Shown here: positions 9,812-19,021 of the stretch, piece after piece | How the letters are laid out: each line of letters starts with the position of its first letter | Numbering within the stretch: the first letter of the stretch is position 1 | The notes under the pieces: generated by a model | The model's input: the letters and a program-made list of their open reading frames with translations, nothing else | Database searches by the model: none | What the model was told of the DNA's origin: nothing | Assembly (NCBI GenBank): GCA_001029635.1 | Contig: CP011209.1 | Coordinates: 286,866 to 350,865 of the forward strand | Direction: 5' to 3' | DNA: 64,000 bases | Source: Candidatus Wolfebacteria bacterium GW2011_GWB1_47_1 | Lineage (GTDB): Bacteria; Patescibacteriota; Minisyncoccia; UBA6257; UBA9933 | Program-made: the position numbers and the translations under genes

Positions 9812-10852
9812 ATGCAAAAACAAATTCTTAAAATCTTTTTCTTTAGCGCGATATTTTTTGCAGTGCCTAATTCTTCCCAGGCCACGATTATTTTTGAAGA
9901 TAACTTCGATGATTCTCCTGATTGGCAGTCGCAGCAAACTGTTGCCAAATCTGTTGGTGGGAATGATCGGGCATGGCCAGCGACTTATGTCGATGCCTGC
10001 TCAAGCGCGTGTCCCCCTCAAAGATGGACGGCTTACAGAGCGAGTGCTTCTTATTTTACTGATACTCCCGGCAATGACACGTATGTTCTCAATACAGATG
10101 GTGCTCGTGGCGGCAGTGGAAAAGGCATCACGCTTAATGTTGAATCAACTGGCAGCTATGGCGATTGGGCGGGCGGATCTCTTGATTTGTCCTTAGGCTC
10201 AGTTGGATACCAAGAACTTTTTGTGAAGTACTGGCTTAAGTATGATTCAAATTGGCTTTGGACAAATCCTGGCAATACTCAACACGGTCAGCAAAAATTG
10301 ATCCGAATTTCCAGGTTTAGCGGAGACATAAATGATTATAATAATCATAATCCACAAATGTTTTTCACACCCACAGAAAATGGCCCTTCTTGGATGCCAG
10401 ATTGGTATTATAATAAGTCCTTCCCCCCAGCTTCATTTTTTTCAAGTGAGTTTTTTAACACTCAGGCGAATGGCTCAATAGGATACGGGCCGACTCAGAC
10501 ATTTGCATCACTCGTTTGGCCGTCTGACGGCGGGTGGCATAGCTATGAATTCAGGACAAAAATGAATAGTGCACCTGGTGCTGCGAATGGCGAATGGGAA
10601 ATCTGGATTGACGGTCAAAGCACCCCGGACAAGCATCAAGTGAAAACAGATGTTCTCTGGGTTGATTCAAATGGTTCAGTAACTCAAGGTTGGAATTATT
10701 TGATGTTTTTGGATAATATCACCGTGGCTCCTGCGCCACTCTCAGAAAAGAAAGAAATGCAGATATATATGGATGATGTGGTAGTGAGCACGACGCGGTT
10801 ATCTGCTGACATCATTGCTCCTGTCGCACCGAGTGGATTGAATGTGGAATAA
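9812..10852 (+). CDS. Secreted tag-family protein (jelly-roll)
   Basis: ORF track 9773..10852; the signal peptide MQKQILKIFFFSAIFFAVPNSSQA starts at 9812. Its 5' end is DNA-identical to gene 1122... Tail ADIIAPVAPSGLNVE*. Confidence 0.75.
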   Translation: MQKQILKIFFFSAIFFAVPNSSQATIIFEDNFDDSPDWQSQQTVAKSVGGNDRAWPATYVDACSSACPPQRWTAYRASASYFTDTPGNDTYVLNTDGARGGSGKGITLNVESTGSYGDWAGGSLDLSLGSVGYQELFVKYWLKYDSNWLWTNPGNTQHGQQKLIRISRFSGDINDYNNHNPQMFFTPTENGPSWMPDWYYNKSFPPASFFSSEFFNTQANGSIGYGPTQTFASLVWPSDGGWHSYEFRTKMNSAPGAANGEWEIWIDGQSTPDKHQVKTDVLWVDSNGSVTQGWNYLMFLDNITVAPAPLSEKKEMQIYMDDVVVSTTRLSADIIAPVAPSGLNVE

Positions 10853-10906
10853 CTCAAGTATAAAGTATTTGGTATTACGTATGATGTATAAATACAAAAA
10901 GATGTG
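10853..10906 (+). repeat. Conserved 3'UTR element (copy after gene 8)
   Basis: ctcaagtataaagtatttggtattacgtatgatgtataaatacaaaaagatgt. Confidence 0.7.
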
Positions 10907-11000
10907 AAATACATAAAAGTTTATAAAGTTCGTAATGTTTATAAAGCAGAATACTAAATACTAAATACGAAATACTAATAAAAAGTGGTATAATTAAGAA

Positions 11001-12062
11001 ATGATAAAACAAATGCTGAAAACTTTTCTTTTTCTCGCGATGTTTTTCTTGCTGCCAAATTTTTCCCAGGCCGCAATTATCTTTGAGGATAATTTCAATG
11101 ATTCTCCCGATTGGCAATCGGCTGAGTCTTATCCGAGCACGAATGCCGGCTGGCCAAACACCTGGAAGGATAAACCAGGTGGTCCAAGTCAGCCCCCTCC
11201 GCAAAACTGGACGGCGTACAGTGCAGCTATCCCAAGATGGGACAGGGGTCCAACTTGGAAATTAGATGCTAGTGGTGCTCGAAATTCCGGAAAGGGTATC
11301 ACTTTTGCAGTTGAGGCTGTGCATACCTGGGCGGGCGGTGGTCTGGATTTATATCTGGGAAACGTTGGATATCAAGAATTATATGTACGGGGATATTACA
11401 AATATGATCCAGTAACTTTTCATTGGCCGACTATAAACAATGAAGGCATTAATAACGGGAATTATCATAAGATTGCCAGGATTTCCAGATATCAACTGGA
11501 GCCATCCTTGGTAAATAATCCGCAGCAATTTTTAGCTCCCAGTTATCAGGCGCCAACTTTCTATCCTGAGGTTGCAGTAAACACGGGCACTGGTTATCAA
11601 AATCCGCCAGATCTCAATGCTGTCCATTTTCTTGGCGCGCGCGTTTTTGATCCTGGCGCTGGCGATGCTTCGGCGGAAGATGTTTATACTCTGCCAATGC
11701 CATCGGATGGTGGTTGGCATAGTTATGAATTTAGGGTAAAGATGAACAGCGCGCCGGGCGTTGCGGATGGCGAATGGGAGGTGTGGGTTGATGATGGCGT
11801 AAATCCTTACCAGCATCATAAGCGGACTGGGCTTGCTTGGATCGGCGCCGATTCAGTAAATGGCCTTTCTCCTGGTTGGAACTGGGTTAATGCTTTGGAT
11901 AATATAACCATAAATCAAACAGGAACCATCTACGAGAACACGGAGATGAAAATATTTCTAGATGATTTTGTGATCAGTGATTCTTTTATTGGTAAGGATT
12001 ATGTGATTGGCACTGCTGATATTACCGCACCTGCCGCACCGACAGGATTAGGGGTGACGTAA
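11001..12062 (+). CDS. Secreted tag-family protein (jelly-roll)
   Basis: Signal peptide plus AIIFEDNFNDSPDWQSAE. WHSYEFRVKMNSAPGVADGEWEVWVDDG. Tail DITAPAAPTGLGVT*. An extended -10 box TGGTATAAT lies at 10985-10993. Confidence 0.75.
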   Translation: MIKQMLKTFLFLAMFFLLPNFSQAAIIFEDNFNDSPDWQSAESYPSTNAGWPNTWKDKPGGPSQPPPQNWTAYSAAIPRWDRGPTWKLDASGARNSGKGITFAVEAVHTWAGGGLDLYLGNVGYQELYVRGYYKYDPVTFHWPTINNEGINNGNYHKIARISRYQLEPSLVNNPQQFLAPSYQAPTFYPEVAVNTGTGYQNPPDLNAVHFLGARVFDPGAGDASAEDVYTLPMPSDGGWHSYEFRVKMNSAPGVADGEWEVWVDDGVNPYQHHKRTGLAWIGADSVNGLSPGWNWVNALDNITINQTGTIYENTEMKIFLDDFVISDSFIGKDYVIGTADITAPAAPTGLGVT

Positions 12063-12150
12063 ATTCATGTATAACGTATTTGGTATTATGTATGAAGTAT
12101 GAATAATATAAAATTCAAGATTTAAATACCTATTTAATACCCAACTAAAA

Positions 12151-13287
12151 ATGCCAAAGCAAACACTAAAAGCTTTTCTTTTTCTAGCGATGTTTTTCTT
12201 GTTGCCTAATTTTTCCCAGGCCGCAATTATTTTTGAGGATAATTTCAATGATTCTCCCGATTGGCAATCGGCCGAATCAAACCCCGGTGATAATGTGGAC
12301 TGGTTCAGTTCTTCTTGGATACGCAATCCATCTGGCCCACCGGAACCTCCCATGCAAAATTGGACTTCATATCGGACAGAAATTCCATTGGGTAACTCAG
12401 TGAAAAGATATATTTTAAGTGAAGAAGGGAAACGTGGAATAAGCGGAAAAGGGGTAACTTATAATGTGGAGAGCAGCGGGACGTGGTCGGGAGGTGGTCT
12501 GGATCTTTATCTTGGAAATACTGGATATCAGGAAATTTTTGTACGCTTTTATTTGCGTTATGATCCCGCGACTTGGGTGTGGGCACTGCGTGAAACTGGT
12601 TTAAATGGGGAAAAGCAGAAACTCATACGCATCTCGAGGTTAAAGGATGAGCCTACGGCCCAAACTGCATGGAATCCTCAGTTGTTTGACACTGCAGCGT
12701 CAGGTGGACATCAGATGCCAGTTTTATATCCGGATGTCAAAGAAAATAACGGCGCTGGTTATAATACCCCATCTGTAAATGGCTTGTATGGTTTGTATCT
12801 TGAATATACCAGGCGCTTTGATCCTGAATATGGAAGCGAATCCCCATCTGAAACAAGATCATTCCCCATGCCGTCTTTAGGATTGAAAAATTTTGTTCCT
12901 CCGACTTCAGGAACTGATTCAAGTACGGATTATTATAAAACTGATGGAGATTGGCATTCCTACGAATTCCGCGTGAAAATGAATAGCGCGCCAGGGGTGG
13001 CTGATGGAGAATGGGAAACTTGGGTTGATGGTGGGGAAAATCCTGCCCAGCATACATTAAAAATCGGAGTAGCTTGGGTTTCATCTGGAGGATCAGTAAG
13101 TCCAGGATGGAACTGGTTTACAGTGCTTGATAATGTGAATACAGCTACCGGTCTGCCAAACGGTACGATTATGAAGATGTACATGGATGATTTTGTAGTC
13201 AGTGATTCCTTTATTGGTAAAGATTATATCATCGGTACAGCTGATATCACCGCACCTGCAGCACCGACAGGGTTGGAGGTAATATAA
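12151..13287 (+). CDS. Secreted tag-family protein (jelly-roll)
   Basis: Close paralog of 11001..12062. Tail DITAPAAPTGLEVI*. Confidence 0.75.
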   Translation: MPKQTLKAFLFLAMFFLLPNFSQAAIIFEDNFNDSPDWQSAESNPGDNVDWFSSSWIRNPSGPPEPPMQNWTSYRTEIPLGNSVKRYILSEEGKRGISGKGVTYNVESSGTWSGGGLDLYLGNTGYQEIFVRFYLRYDPATWVWALRETGLNGEKQKLIRISRLKDEPTAQTAWNPQLFDTAASGGHQMPVLYPDVKENNGAGYNTPSVNGLYGLYLEYTRRFDPEYGSESPSETRSFPMPSLGLKNFVPPTSGTDSSTDYYKTDGDWHSYEFRVKMNSAPGVADGEWETWVDGGENPAQHTLKIGVAWVSSGGSVSPGWNWFTVLDNVNTATGLPNGTIMKMYMDDFVVSDSFIGKDYIIGTADITAPAAPTGLEVI

Positions 13288-13330
13288 TTAGATGGGTATT
13301 TAAATAAGTATCCAGATAGACGCCTTAATT

Positions 13331-14491
13331 ATGCGAAAACAAATTTTAAAATCAATTTTATTTCTGGGTACTTTTTTAATGCTGCCTAATTCTTCCCAGG
13401 CTGCGATTATTTTTGAGGATAATTTTGACGACACTCCCAATTGGCAATCGCAGCAGCTTACTTTCGGAGGCGGAGGGATCGCTTGGGGCACGCCAACTTT
13501 CCAGGGAACTTGCATTGGATATTGTCCGCCGCAAAATTGGACTTCATATCGTACTTCGCAATCTCTCTGGACGCCAAATGCTAGAGATACGTATCTTATC
13601 GATTCAAGCGGATCGCGCACAGTTAATGGTAAGGGTTTGACATATAACGTGGAGTCTAGTGGTGAATGGGGAACTTGGGCTGGCGGAGGAATTGATAAAT
13701 ATCTCGGCGTCACCGGTTATCCCGAGCTTTATGTTAGATTCTGGCTGAAGGAGTCGGCTGAATTTTGTTGGGGATCGGAAGCGTTAAATCTCAATGCCAT
13801 GGGAAAGTTAATAAGAATCAGCGCACTAAGACGGGATCCAACTAGTAATCCGAACATTTTCAATCCGCAACTCTATCCTTCATCCGATGTAAGCCCAACG
13901 CTGATTGGGAATGCATATCGCCGATTTCAGCCAAATTATGGCGTGCCTGCTCAATTCGATATGGAAGAAAGATATGCGCCTAATTATGAATATGGACCAC
14001 AGTGCACGTTTGGTCCGCAACCTTCCTCTTGCGCATCGGAAGCTCCCAGCGCGATAACTTTTCCGCATGACAATTCTGGGTATTGCGGCGATGACCAATG
14101 GCATAGCTATGAATATTATGTGAAACTTAATTCAGCCTTGGATGCGACCGATGGAATTTATAAAGCTTGGCTGGATGGAACTTTGGTGGCGCAAAAAAGT
14201 AATATTCCTTGGGTAAAATCCGGCACTGATACTAATGGCACTGCGATGACGTTGGATACTGGTTGGAATTGGGTGATGATCGCTGACAATATCGATTCAA
14301 CCGCTTACGCTAAATCTGACAACGTTGAGATGTCTAGATATATAGACGATGTGGTTATGTATACGCCGATGAACGGTTCTGAAATGGCGTGTGGTGGGGC
14401 ATGTATTGCCGGACGACTGCCGCTAACCTATTTACAATCAGGGCTTGATAGTACCCCTCCCTCCGCCCCGACAGGGCTTAGCATAGAATAG
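13331..14491 (+). CDS. Secreted tag-family protein (jelly-roll), the most divergent tag
   Basis: Signal peptide MRKQILKSILFLGTFLMLPNSSQA. Tail GLDSTPPSAPTGLSIE*. Confidence 0.7.
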   Translation: MRKQILKSILFLGTFLMLPNSSQAAIIFEDNFDDTPNWQSQQLTFGGGGIAWGTPTFQGTCIGYCPPQNWTSYRTSQSLWTPNARDTYLIDSSGSRTVNGKGLTYNVESSGEWGTWAGGGIDKYLGVTGYPELYVRFWLKESAEFCWGSEALNLNAMGKLIRISALRRDPTSNPNIFNPQLYPSSDVSPTLIGNAYRRFQPNYGVPAQFDMEERYAPNYEYGPQCTFGPQPSSCASEAPSAITFPHDNSGYCGDDQWHSYEYYVKLNSALDATDGIYKAWLDGTLVAQKSNIPWVKSGTDTNGTAMTLDTGWNWVMIADNIDSTAYAKSDNVEMSRYIDDVVMYTPMNGSEMACGGACIAGRLPLTYLQSGLDSTPPSAPTGLSIE

Positions 14492-14670
14492 GGGTTATAT
14501 GGTATACTTATCCCAAATCCTATATCAAGGAAAACAAAGACCCACGTGTGTATGGCTCTGAATGGTTGCTTCTGAATCGTGGCGAGTTGACTGGCAAAAC
14601 CGACCTAAGAAATCTACTATGTATAGTTGATTTAGGGTCGGTTTTTACATTATATGAACATAAAAAATAA

Positions 14671-15033
14671 ATGAATATACGATCAAAAAAAACAAGGATA
14701 TATCTAGTGGCGATTATGCTCGCGGTAGCTCTGACGGCACTGATCATGACAAACAGGAATGCATCCCGGGAGGAGGGGGGTGAAGCAATATTATCATGGA
14801 ATGCAAATAAGGAAACTGATGTGATAGGGTATCGAGTTTACTACGGAACGGAAAAGCGTACGGGGGAGTGTCCCCTGGGAGGGTATGCGGATAAGATAGA
14901 TGTGGGGAATAGGACGACACATACGGTGACGAATTTGGAAAAAGGAAAGCGATATTATTTCTCTACGACATCATATAATAAAGGAGGAAAGGAAAGCTGC
15001 TTCTCTCAGGAAGTAAGTAAAGAAATAAAATGA
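14671..15033 (+). CDS. Small membrane-anchored protein consisting of one Fn3 domain that lacks the A-strand
   Basis: N-terminal TM or signal anchor, then AILSWNANKETDVIGYRVYYG...GKRYYFSTTSYNKGG. This is a fibronectin-III domain starting at the B-strand. Confidence 0.6.
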   Translation: MNIRSKKTRIYLVAIMLAVALTALIMTNRNASREEGGEAILSWNANKETDVIGYRVYYGTEKRTGECPLGGYADKIDVGNRTTHTVTNLEKGKRYYFSTTSYNKGGKESCFSQEVSKEIK

Positions 15034-15078
15034 TCGTGGGCGGGATCAATAATACAAACACTATAAAACGCAATACAT

Positions 15079-16785
15079 ATGAACAAAAAAGCATTTATCG
15101 GTTTACTGACGTTCGTTTTGGGAATGATGGCAGTATCCCATGCGCATGCCGGAACGGCAACACTTACATGGAATGCCAATAACGAGTCGGATCTGTCCGG
15201 GTATAAGGTCTATTATGACACTACGTCTCATTCCGGGAATTGTCCAAGCGGGTTTGGGCTAAATGTAGTCAGTGTCGGCAATGTAACGACGCACACGTTC
15301 AATAATCTTACGGATGGACAAACATATTACTTTCAGGTAACGGCAATCGATACATCGAGCAATGAGAGTACATGCTCGGCGCAGGTGTCAAAGGTGATTG
15401 CCGCAACGGACACTACCACACCAATAACCACCGCATCGCCACTCGGCGGATCATACGCATCTGCGCAAACGGTGACGATGTCGGTCAACGAAACAGCAAC
15501 CGTTTACTACACGCTTGATGGTTCAACCCCAACGATTGCCTCAACGCAGTACACGGGTCCTATATCGATCACATCGACAAAGACACTCAAATATTTCGCA
15601 AAAGATACGGCAGGGAATAGTGAGGCAGTGAAGACACAGGCATATACGATCACAATTCCGGACACTACCGCACCAATAACCACCGCATCACCACTCGGCG
15701 GATCATACGCATCTGCGCAAACGGTGACGATGTCGGTCAACGAAACAGCAACCGTTTACTACACGCTCGACGGGACAACTCCGACCGTTGCTTCAACACA
15801 GTACACGGGTCCTGTATCGATCACATCGACAAAGACGCTCAAATATTTCGCAAAAGATACCGCAGGGAACAGCGAGGCAATAAAATCACAGACGTATGTT
15901 ATTACGATCGTATCGAGTGACACTACTGTGCCGTCGGTCCCGGAAAATCTTACGGCAACGCCGATCGCTCCAACGCTGATCAATCTCGCATGGAGCGCGA
16001 GTACGGACGATGTGGGAGTGACGCACTATAAAGTCTATCGCCATGATGTGGAAATCGCGACAGTAACCGGGTTAGCCTATTCGGATGAAGGACTCAGTCT
16101 TTCGACAGTGTATCGATATAGGATAGCCGCAGTTGACGCAGCCCTAAACACATCCGCTCGCTCAAATGAGGTAAGCGCGACAACGAGTGCGCTTCCGGTA
16201 GCCGCATCGGGAGGAGGATCATCGAGTGGTGGTGGGGGAGGAGGCGGAGGATCGTCAGCGAGTGTGACCCAATCACAACCTACGACCCCTGTACTATCTG
16301 GTACGACGCAACAAGCTACGACTACTGCGACACCCGTTGTTACTGTGATAACGACGGGATCTCAACAGGGAACGACGGTAACTGCCGGAAGCGGGGGAGG
16401 GCAATACTCCCAGTTCGGCGCATATGTAACAAGAAAGCATCTTGTGTACGGATCGCGAGGGGAAGACGTAAAAAAGCTCCAGGAGTTTCTTAGGGTAGAT
16501 GGATACCTTAAGGAAAGCGCAACCGGCTATTACGGAAAGGCGACACAAGCCGCCATTCAAAAGTTTCAACAAGAGCACGCAATCGCTGGACCGGGAAAGG
16601 ATGGATATGGTGAGGTGGGCATAAAAACACGTTCAGTCATGAATCAGCATTTAAATGGATCGGTAGCGGGGGTCGCAACGGCTACCGATACACAGGAGTT
16701 GTTAAAAAAGCAGATCGCGCTTTTGCAGCAAAAAGTCATCGAGCTACTCAAGCAGTTGGCTGAGATGCAAAAGAAGAGTCTATGA
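15079..16785 (+). CDS. Cell-wall-associated scaffold protein: signal peptide, Fn3 lacking A-strand, 2x 84-aa chitobiase-C-like repeats, complete Fn3, G/S/T-rich linker, peptidoglycan-binding domain, coiled coil
   Basis: MNKKAFIGLLTFVLGMMAVSHAHA|GTATLTWNAN... is Fn3 from the B-strand. TQYTGPISITSTKTLKYFAKDTAGNSE occurs twice. The second Fn3 has a full A-strand (DTTVPSVPENLTAT). PG_binding_1-like (GSRGEDVKKLQEFLRVDGYL..GYYGKATQAAIQKFQ). C-terminal heptad coiled coil. Confidence 0.7.
   Translation: MNKKAFIGLLTFVLGMMAVSHAHAGTATLTWNANNESDLSGYKVYYDTTSHSGNCPSGFGLNVVSVGNVTTHTFNNLTDGQTYYFQVTAIDTSSNESTCSAQVSKVIAATDTTTPITTASPLGGSYASAQTVTMSVNETATVYYTLDGSTPTIASTQYTGPISITSTKTLKYFAKDTAGNSEAVKTQAYTITIPDTTAPITTASPLGGSYASAQTVTMSVNETATVYYTLDGTTPTVASTQYTGPVSITSTKTLKYFAKDTAGNSEAIKSQTYVITIVSSDTTVPSVPENLTATPIAPTLINLAWSASTDDVGVTHYKVYRHDVEIATVTGLAYSDEGLSLSTVYRYRIAAVDAALNTSARSNEVSATTSALPVAASGGGSSSGGGGGGGGSSASVTQSQPTTPVLSGTTQQATTTATPVVTVITTGSQQGTTVTAGSGGGQYSQFGAYVTRKHLVYGSRGEDVKKLQEFLRVDGYLKESATGYYGKATQAAIQKFQQEHAIAGPGKDGYGEVGIKTRSVMNQHLNGSVAGVATATDTQELLKKQIALLQQKVIELLKQLAEMQKKSL
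15409..15912 (+). repeat. Near-identical tandem 252-bp direct repeat inside the scaffold gene (two 84-aa domain copies)
   Basis: 15409-15660 and 15661-15912 differ by only a few nucleotides. Confidence 0.8.
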
Positions 16786-16824
16786 TAAAAAAATGCACCG
16801 GCTCAAAGCCGGTGCATTTTTTTA
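16786..16824. terminator. Bidirectional rho-independent terminator
   Basis: A-run, hairpin tgcaccggc-tcaaa-gccggtgca, then T-run. Sits between convergent genes. Confidence 0.7.
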
Positions 16825-16825
16825 T

Positions 16826-18082
16826 TTATTGTGCCTTGGTGATCTTGATTTGGATGCTCTCAGGATCGGTCTTGGCGATATCGATGTTTGATGGATGCTT
16901 GATGTCTTCCTTGTGGATGATGACACGGTGCCACCCCGGTTTCATGCCCGACACATCGGCGGATGCCTTGAGATCTCCTGGTGTAAGCGTGCTTAGCTCA
17001 TTACTCCTCCCGGAGAAGGTAACAACGACTTCTTCGGGGACGGACTCGGAGATCACATATTCCTTGGGGGCGTTGGTAAATTCGATTGGCACGACGAACT
17101 TTCGCTGGGTTATGGATGTCTGGGATGTGAAGAATGCCCAGATGACGAACGCTATCCCGAACGCGGTCAAAAGCGTGGTAAAGTTTTGTTGAAACCAACG
17201 GGTATAGTTGGAGATATGCTTCTTGGGAAACTTCTCTTCATAAAAGTCGCGCAGCAACCGCTCAAGGTCTTCGTCTGCTCTAAGCGCTCTAAGTTGCTTA
17301 TTGCGCCCGATGGAGATGGTCCCGCGCTCTTCGGATACGACAAGGGTAAGTGCATCGCACGACTCGGAAAGGCCGAGTGCTGCGCGATGACGGGTGCCAA
17401 ACTTCTTCACTGCTTCTATGTTTTCGGCCAGCGGAAGGTGGACGGAAAACTTTTTGACCTTATCTCCGTCGATGACGATGGCGCCGTCGTGTCCTGGAGT
17501 TGACTCATCGAACAAGGAGAGGAGAAGTGCCTCGGATACCTTGCCATTGAGAATAACACCACCCTCAAGAAAGCGGTCAACATTTTCCCGGCCGGGAAAT
17601 ACAATAAGGGTTCCAGTTCTTGTCTCGGAAAACCTTTTGGTCATTGCCGCAATCAGCTTGATTGTGGAATCAGTCGCGGGGAGCATGGTGCGTTTAATGC
17701 CGAGAACCCCAACAAGTTCAAAGAAGCGGCGTAGCTCGCGCTGGAAGACGATGGCCAGAATAACGAGGAACATGCTAAAGAATGCCTGGAACACAGTCTG
17801 GGTGAGTGGCAGATTGAGTAATGTGCTGATGCCGTACAGCGCAGTCAACAGCAATACGCCAATGATGATTGGCAATGATTTTGTCTTGCGAAAGAGCACG
17901 ATGATCCCGTAGATGAGGGAGGTGATAACGACAATGTCGAGAATGTTTTGAACGACAAATGCCGCGCGAATGGTATCGACGAAGGTCGATGTGAGTAAGG
18001 TGAACATGAGAACGATGGGCGACCATAGTAAGCTGCGACATGGATTGCGACGGTGTACTAAGAGGTACAGGCCTAAATGCAT
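16826..18082 (-). CDS. cdaA: Diadenylate cyclase CdaA fused to a YbbR/CdaR-like C-terminal domain
   Basis: 3 TM helices plus a DAC domain (HDGAIVI, TRHRAALGLSE). Second TM plus YbbR-like region (VPIEFTNAPKEYVISESVPEEVVVTFSG). The true start may be the internal Met at about 18004. Confidence 0.8.
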   Translation of the reverse strand: MHLGLYLLVHRRNPCRSLLWSPIVLMFTLLTSTFVDTIRAAFVVQNILDIVVITSLIYGIIVLFRKTKSLPIIIGVLLLTALYGISTLLNLPLTQTVFQAFFSMFLVILAIVFQRELRRFFELVGVLGIKRTMLPATDSTIKLIAAMTKRFSETRTGTLIVFPGRENVDRFLEGGVILNGKVSEALLLSLFDESTPGHDGAIVIDGDKVKKFSVHLPLAENIEAVKKFGTRHRAALGLSESCDALTLVVSEERGTISIGRNKQLRALRADEDLERLLRDFYEEKFPKKHISNYTRWFQQNFTTLLTAFGIAFVIWAFFTSQTSITQRKFVVPIEFTNAPKEYVISESVPEEVVVTFSGRSNELSTLTPGDLKASADVSGMKPGWHRVIIHKEDIKHPSNIDIAKTDPESIQIKITKAQ

Positions 18083-18196
18083 GACCGTTTAGATGGGCCA
18101 ATTAGAATGAAAAATAAAAAAACACGGTGAGCGTGTTCTTCGGGTGGATTCCGCCCGTTTCATGCAATATACACAAATATGGTATAATAGTCAAAT

Positions 18197-18610
18197 ATGA
18201 AGAAATATACGGTGATGGGTCATCCTGCCGAGCTGCGCATACAGGTCTTGGGAGATACAATAGAACATGTATTTATGAACGCGGCAGACGCCATGGCGGA
18301 TATTATGGCGCGCGATCGTTACGCGAGCGTTTCTTCGACGGAGCGTGTCAGTACGAAATCGGTGGATAGAGATGCGGCATTGGTGGATTTTTTAAACGAA
18401 CTATTGGCGCAAAGCCACGTTGAGCGGTCGGTGCATATCCCGGAATCCGTGGTAATTACGGAAGAAAATAAAACGGTAAAAGTAGAAGCGATTATGCGAC
18501 GGTATCTTGTCCGTGCATTCGATGAGGATATCAAAGCGGTAACACACCAGGATGTGCGTATTGAGCATAGGGAAGGAAAATGGAGAACAACCCTTGTATT
18601 TGATATTTAA
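18197..18610 (+). CDS. Archease-family protein
   Basis: MKKYTVMGHPAELRIQVLGDTIEHVFMNAADAMADIM matches the archease N-terminal signature. Extended -10 box TGGTATAAT at 18178-18186. Confidence 0.55.
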   Translation: MKKYTVMGHPAELRIQVLGDTIEHVFMNAADAMADIMARDRYASVSSTERVSTKSVDRDAALVDFLNELLAQSHVERSVHIPESVVITEENKTVKVEAIMRRYLVRAFDEDIKAVTHQDVRIEHREGKWRTTLVFDI

Positions 18611-18713
18611 TAATGGACAAAATACAGTGTAAAAACTGAGTGATGTATTATGGGAAACAAAAAACGAAATAGGAAAAATGAAAAAAAGCCCCGCATGTGC
18701 GGGGCTAGAGGAG

Positions 18714-19019
18714 CTAGTCATCGTCATCCCGATCCGCCCAGTGGCGGGGGTTGGGGATAGACCCATCTTCCTTGCGGAAGTGGGTAGTAGAACGACCTTC
18801 GTCCAGGGGAGGAGTTTCGGGGCAATATATACAGTGATGCGCAGTATGGATTTCCCGCCCATACTTGACCATTCGCGCAAAGTCGGGCTTTGGAATGTAT
18901 CCGCCTGACGTTGCCGTCTTTTGTAGTCGTCCGTCGATTAAGCGGAGCGTGATGCTCCGTTTTCCGTAGAAGACCTTTACGCAGATACCCCCTGCGTCAT
19001 GGGTGATGCGTGAATCCAT
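18714..19019 (-). CDS. Hypothetical Cys/His-containing small protein
   Basis: 101-aa ORF with a terminator hairpin downstream (18680-18705). No recognisable family. Confidence 0.35.
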   Translation of the reverse strand: MDSRITHDAGGICVKVFYGKRSITLRLIDGRLQKTATSGGYIPKPDFARMVKYGREIHTAHHCIYCPETPPLDEGRSTTHFRKEDGSIPNPRHWADRDDDD

Positions 19020-19021
19020 GC

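Noticed and set aside
1-14491. C-terminal PTGLG read as a sortase LPXTG-type, PEP-CTERM or GlyGly-CTERM sorting signal
   Set aside because: The proteins end 2-3 residues after the motif. There is no following hydrophobic helix or basic tail.
1-14491. Stop-codon recoding (alternative genetic code) to explain the uniform truncation after the tag
   Set aside because: The family genes end in TAA, TAG and TGA alike. Downstream frames are AT-rich junk with further stops.
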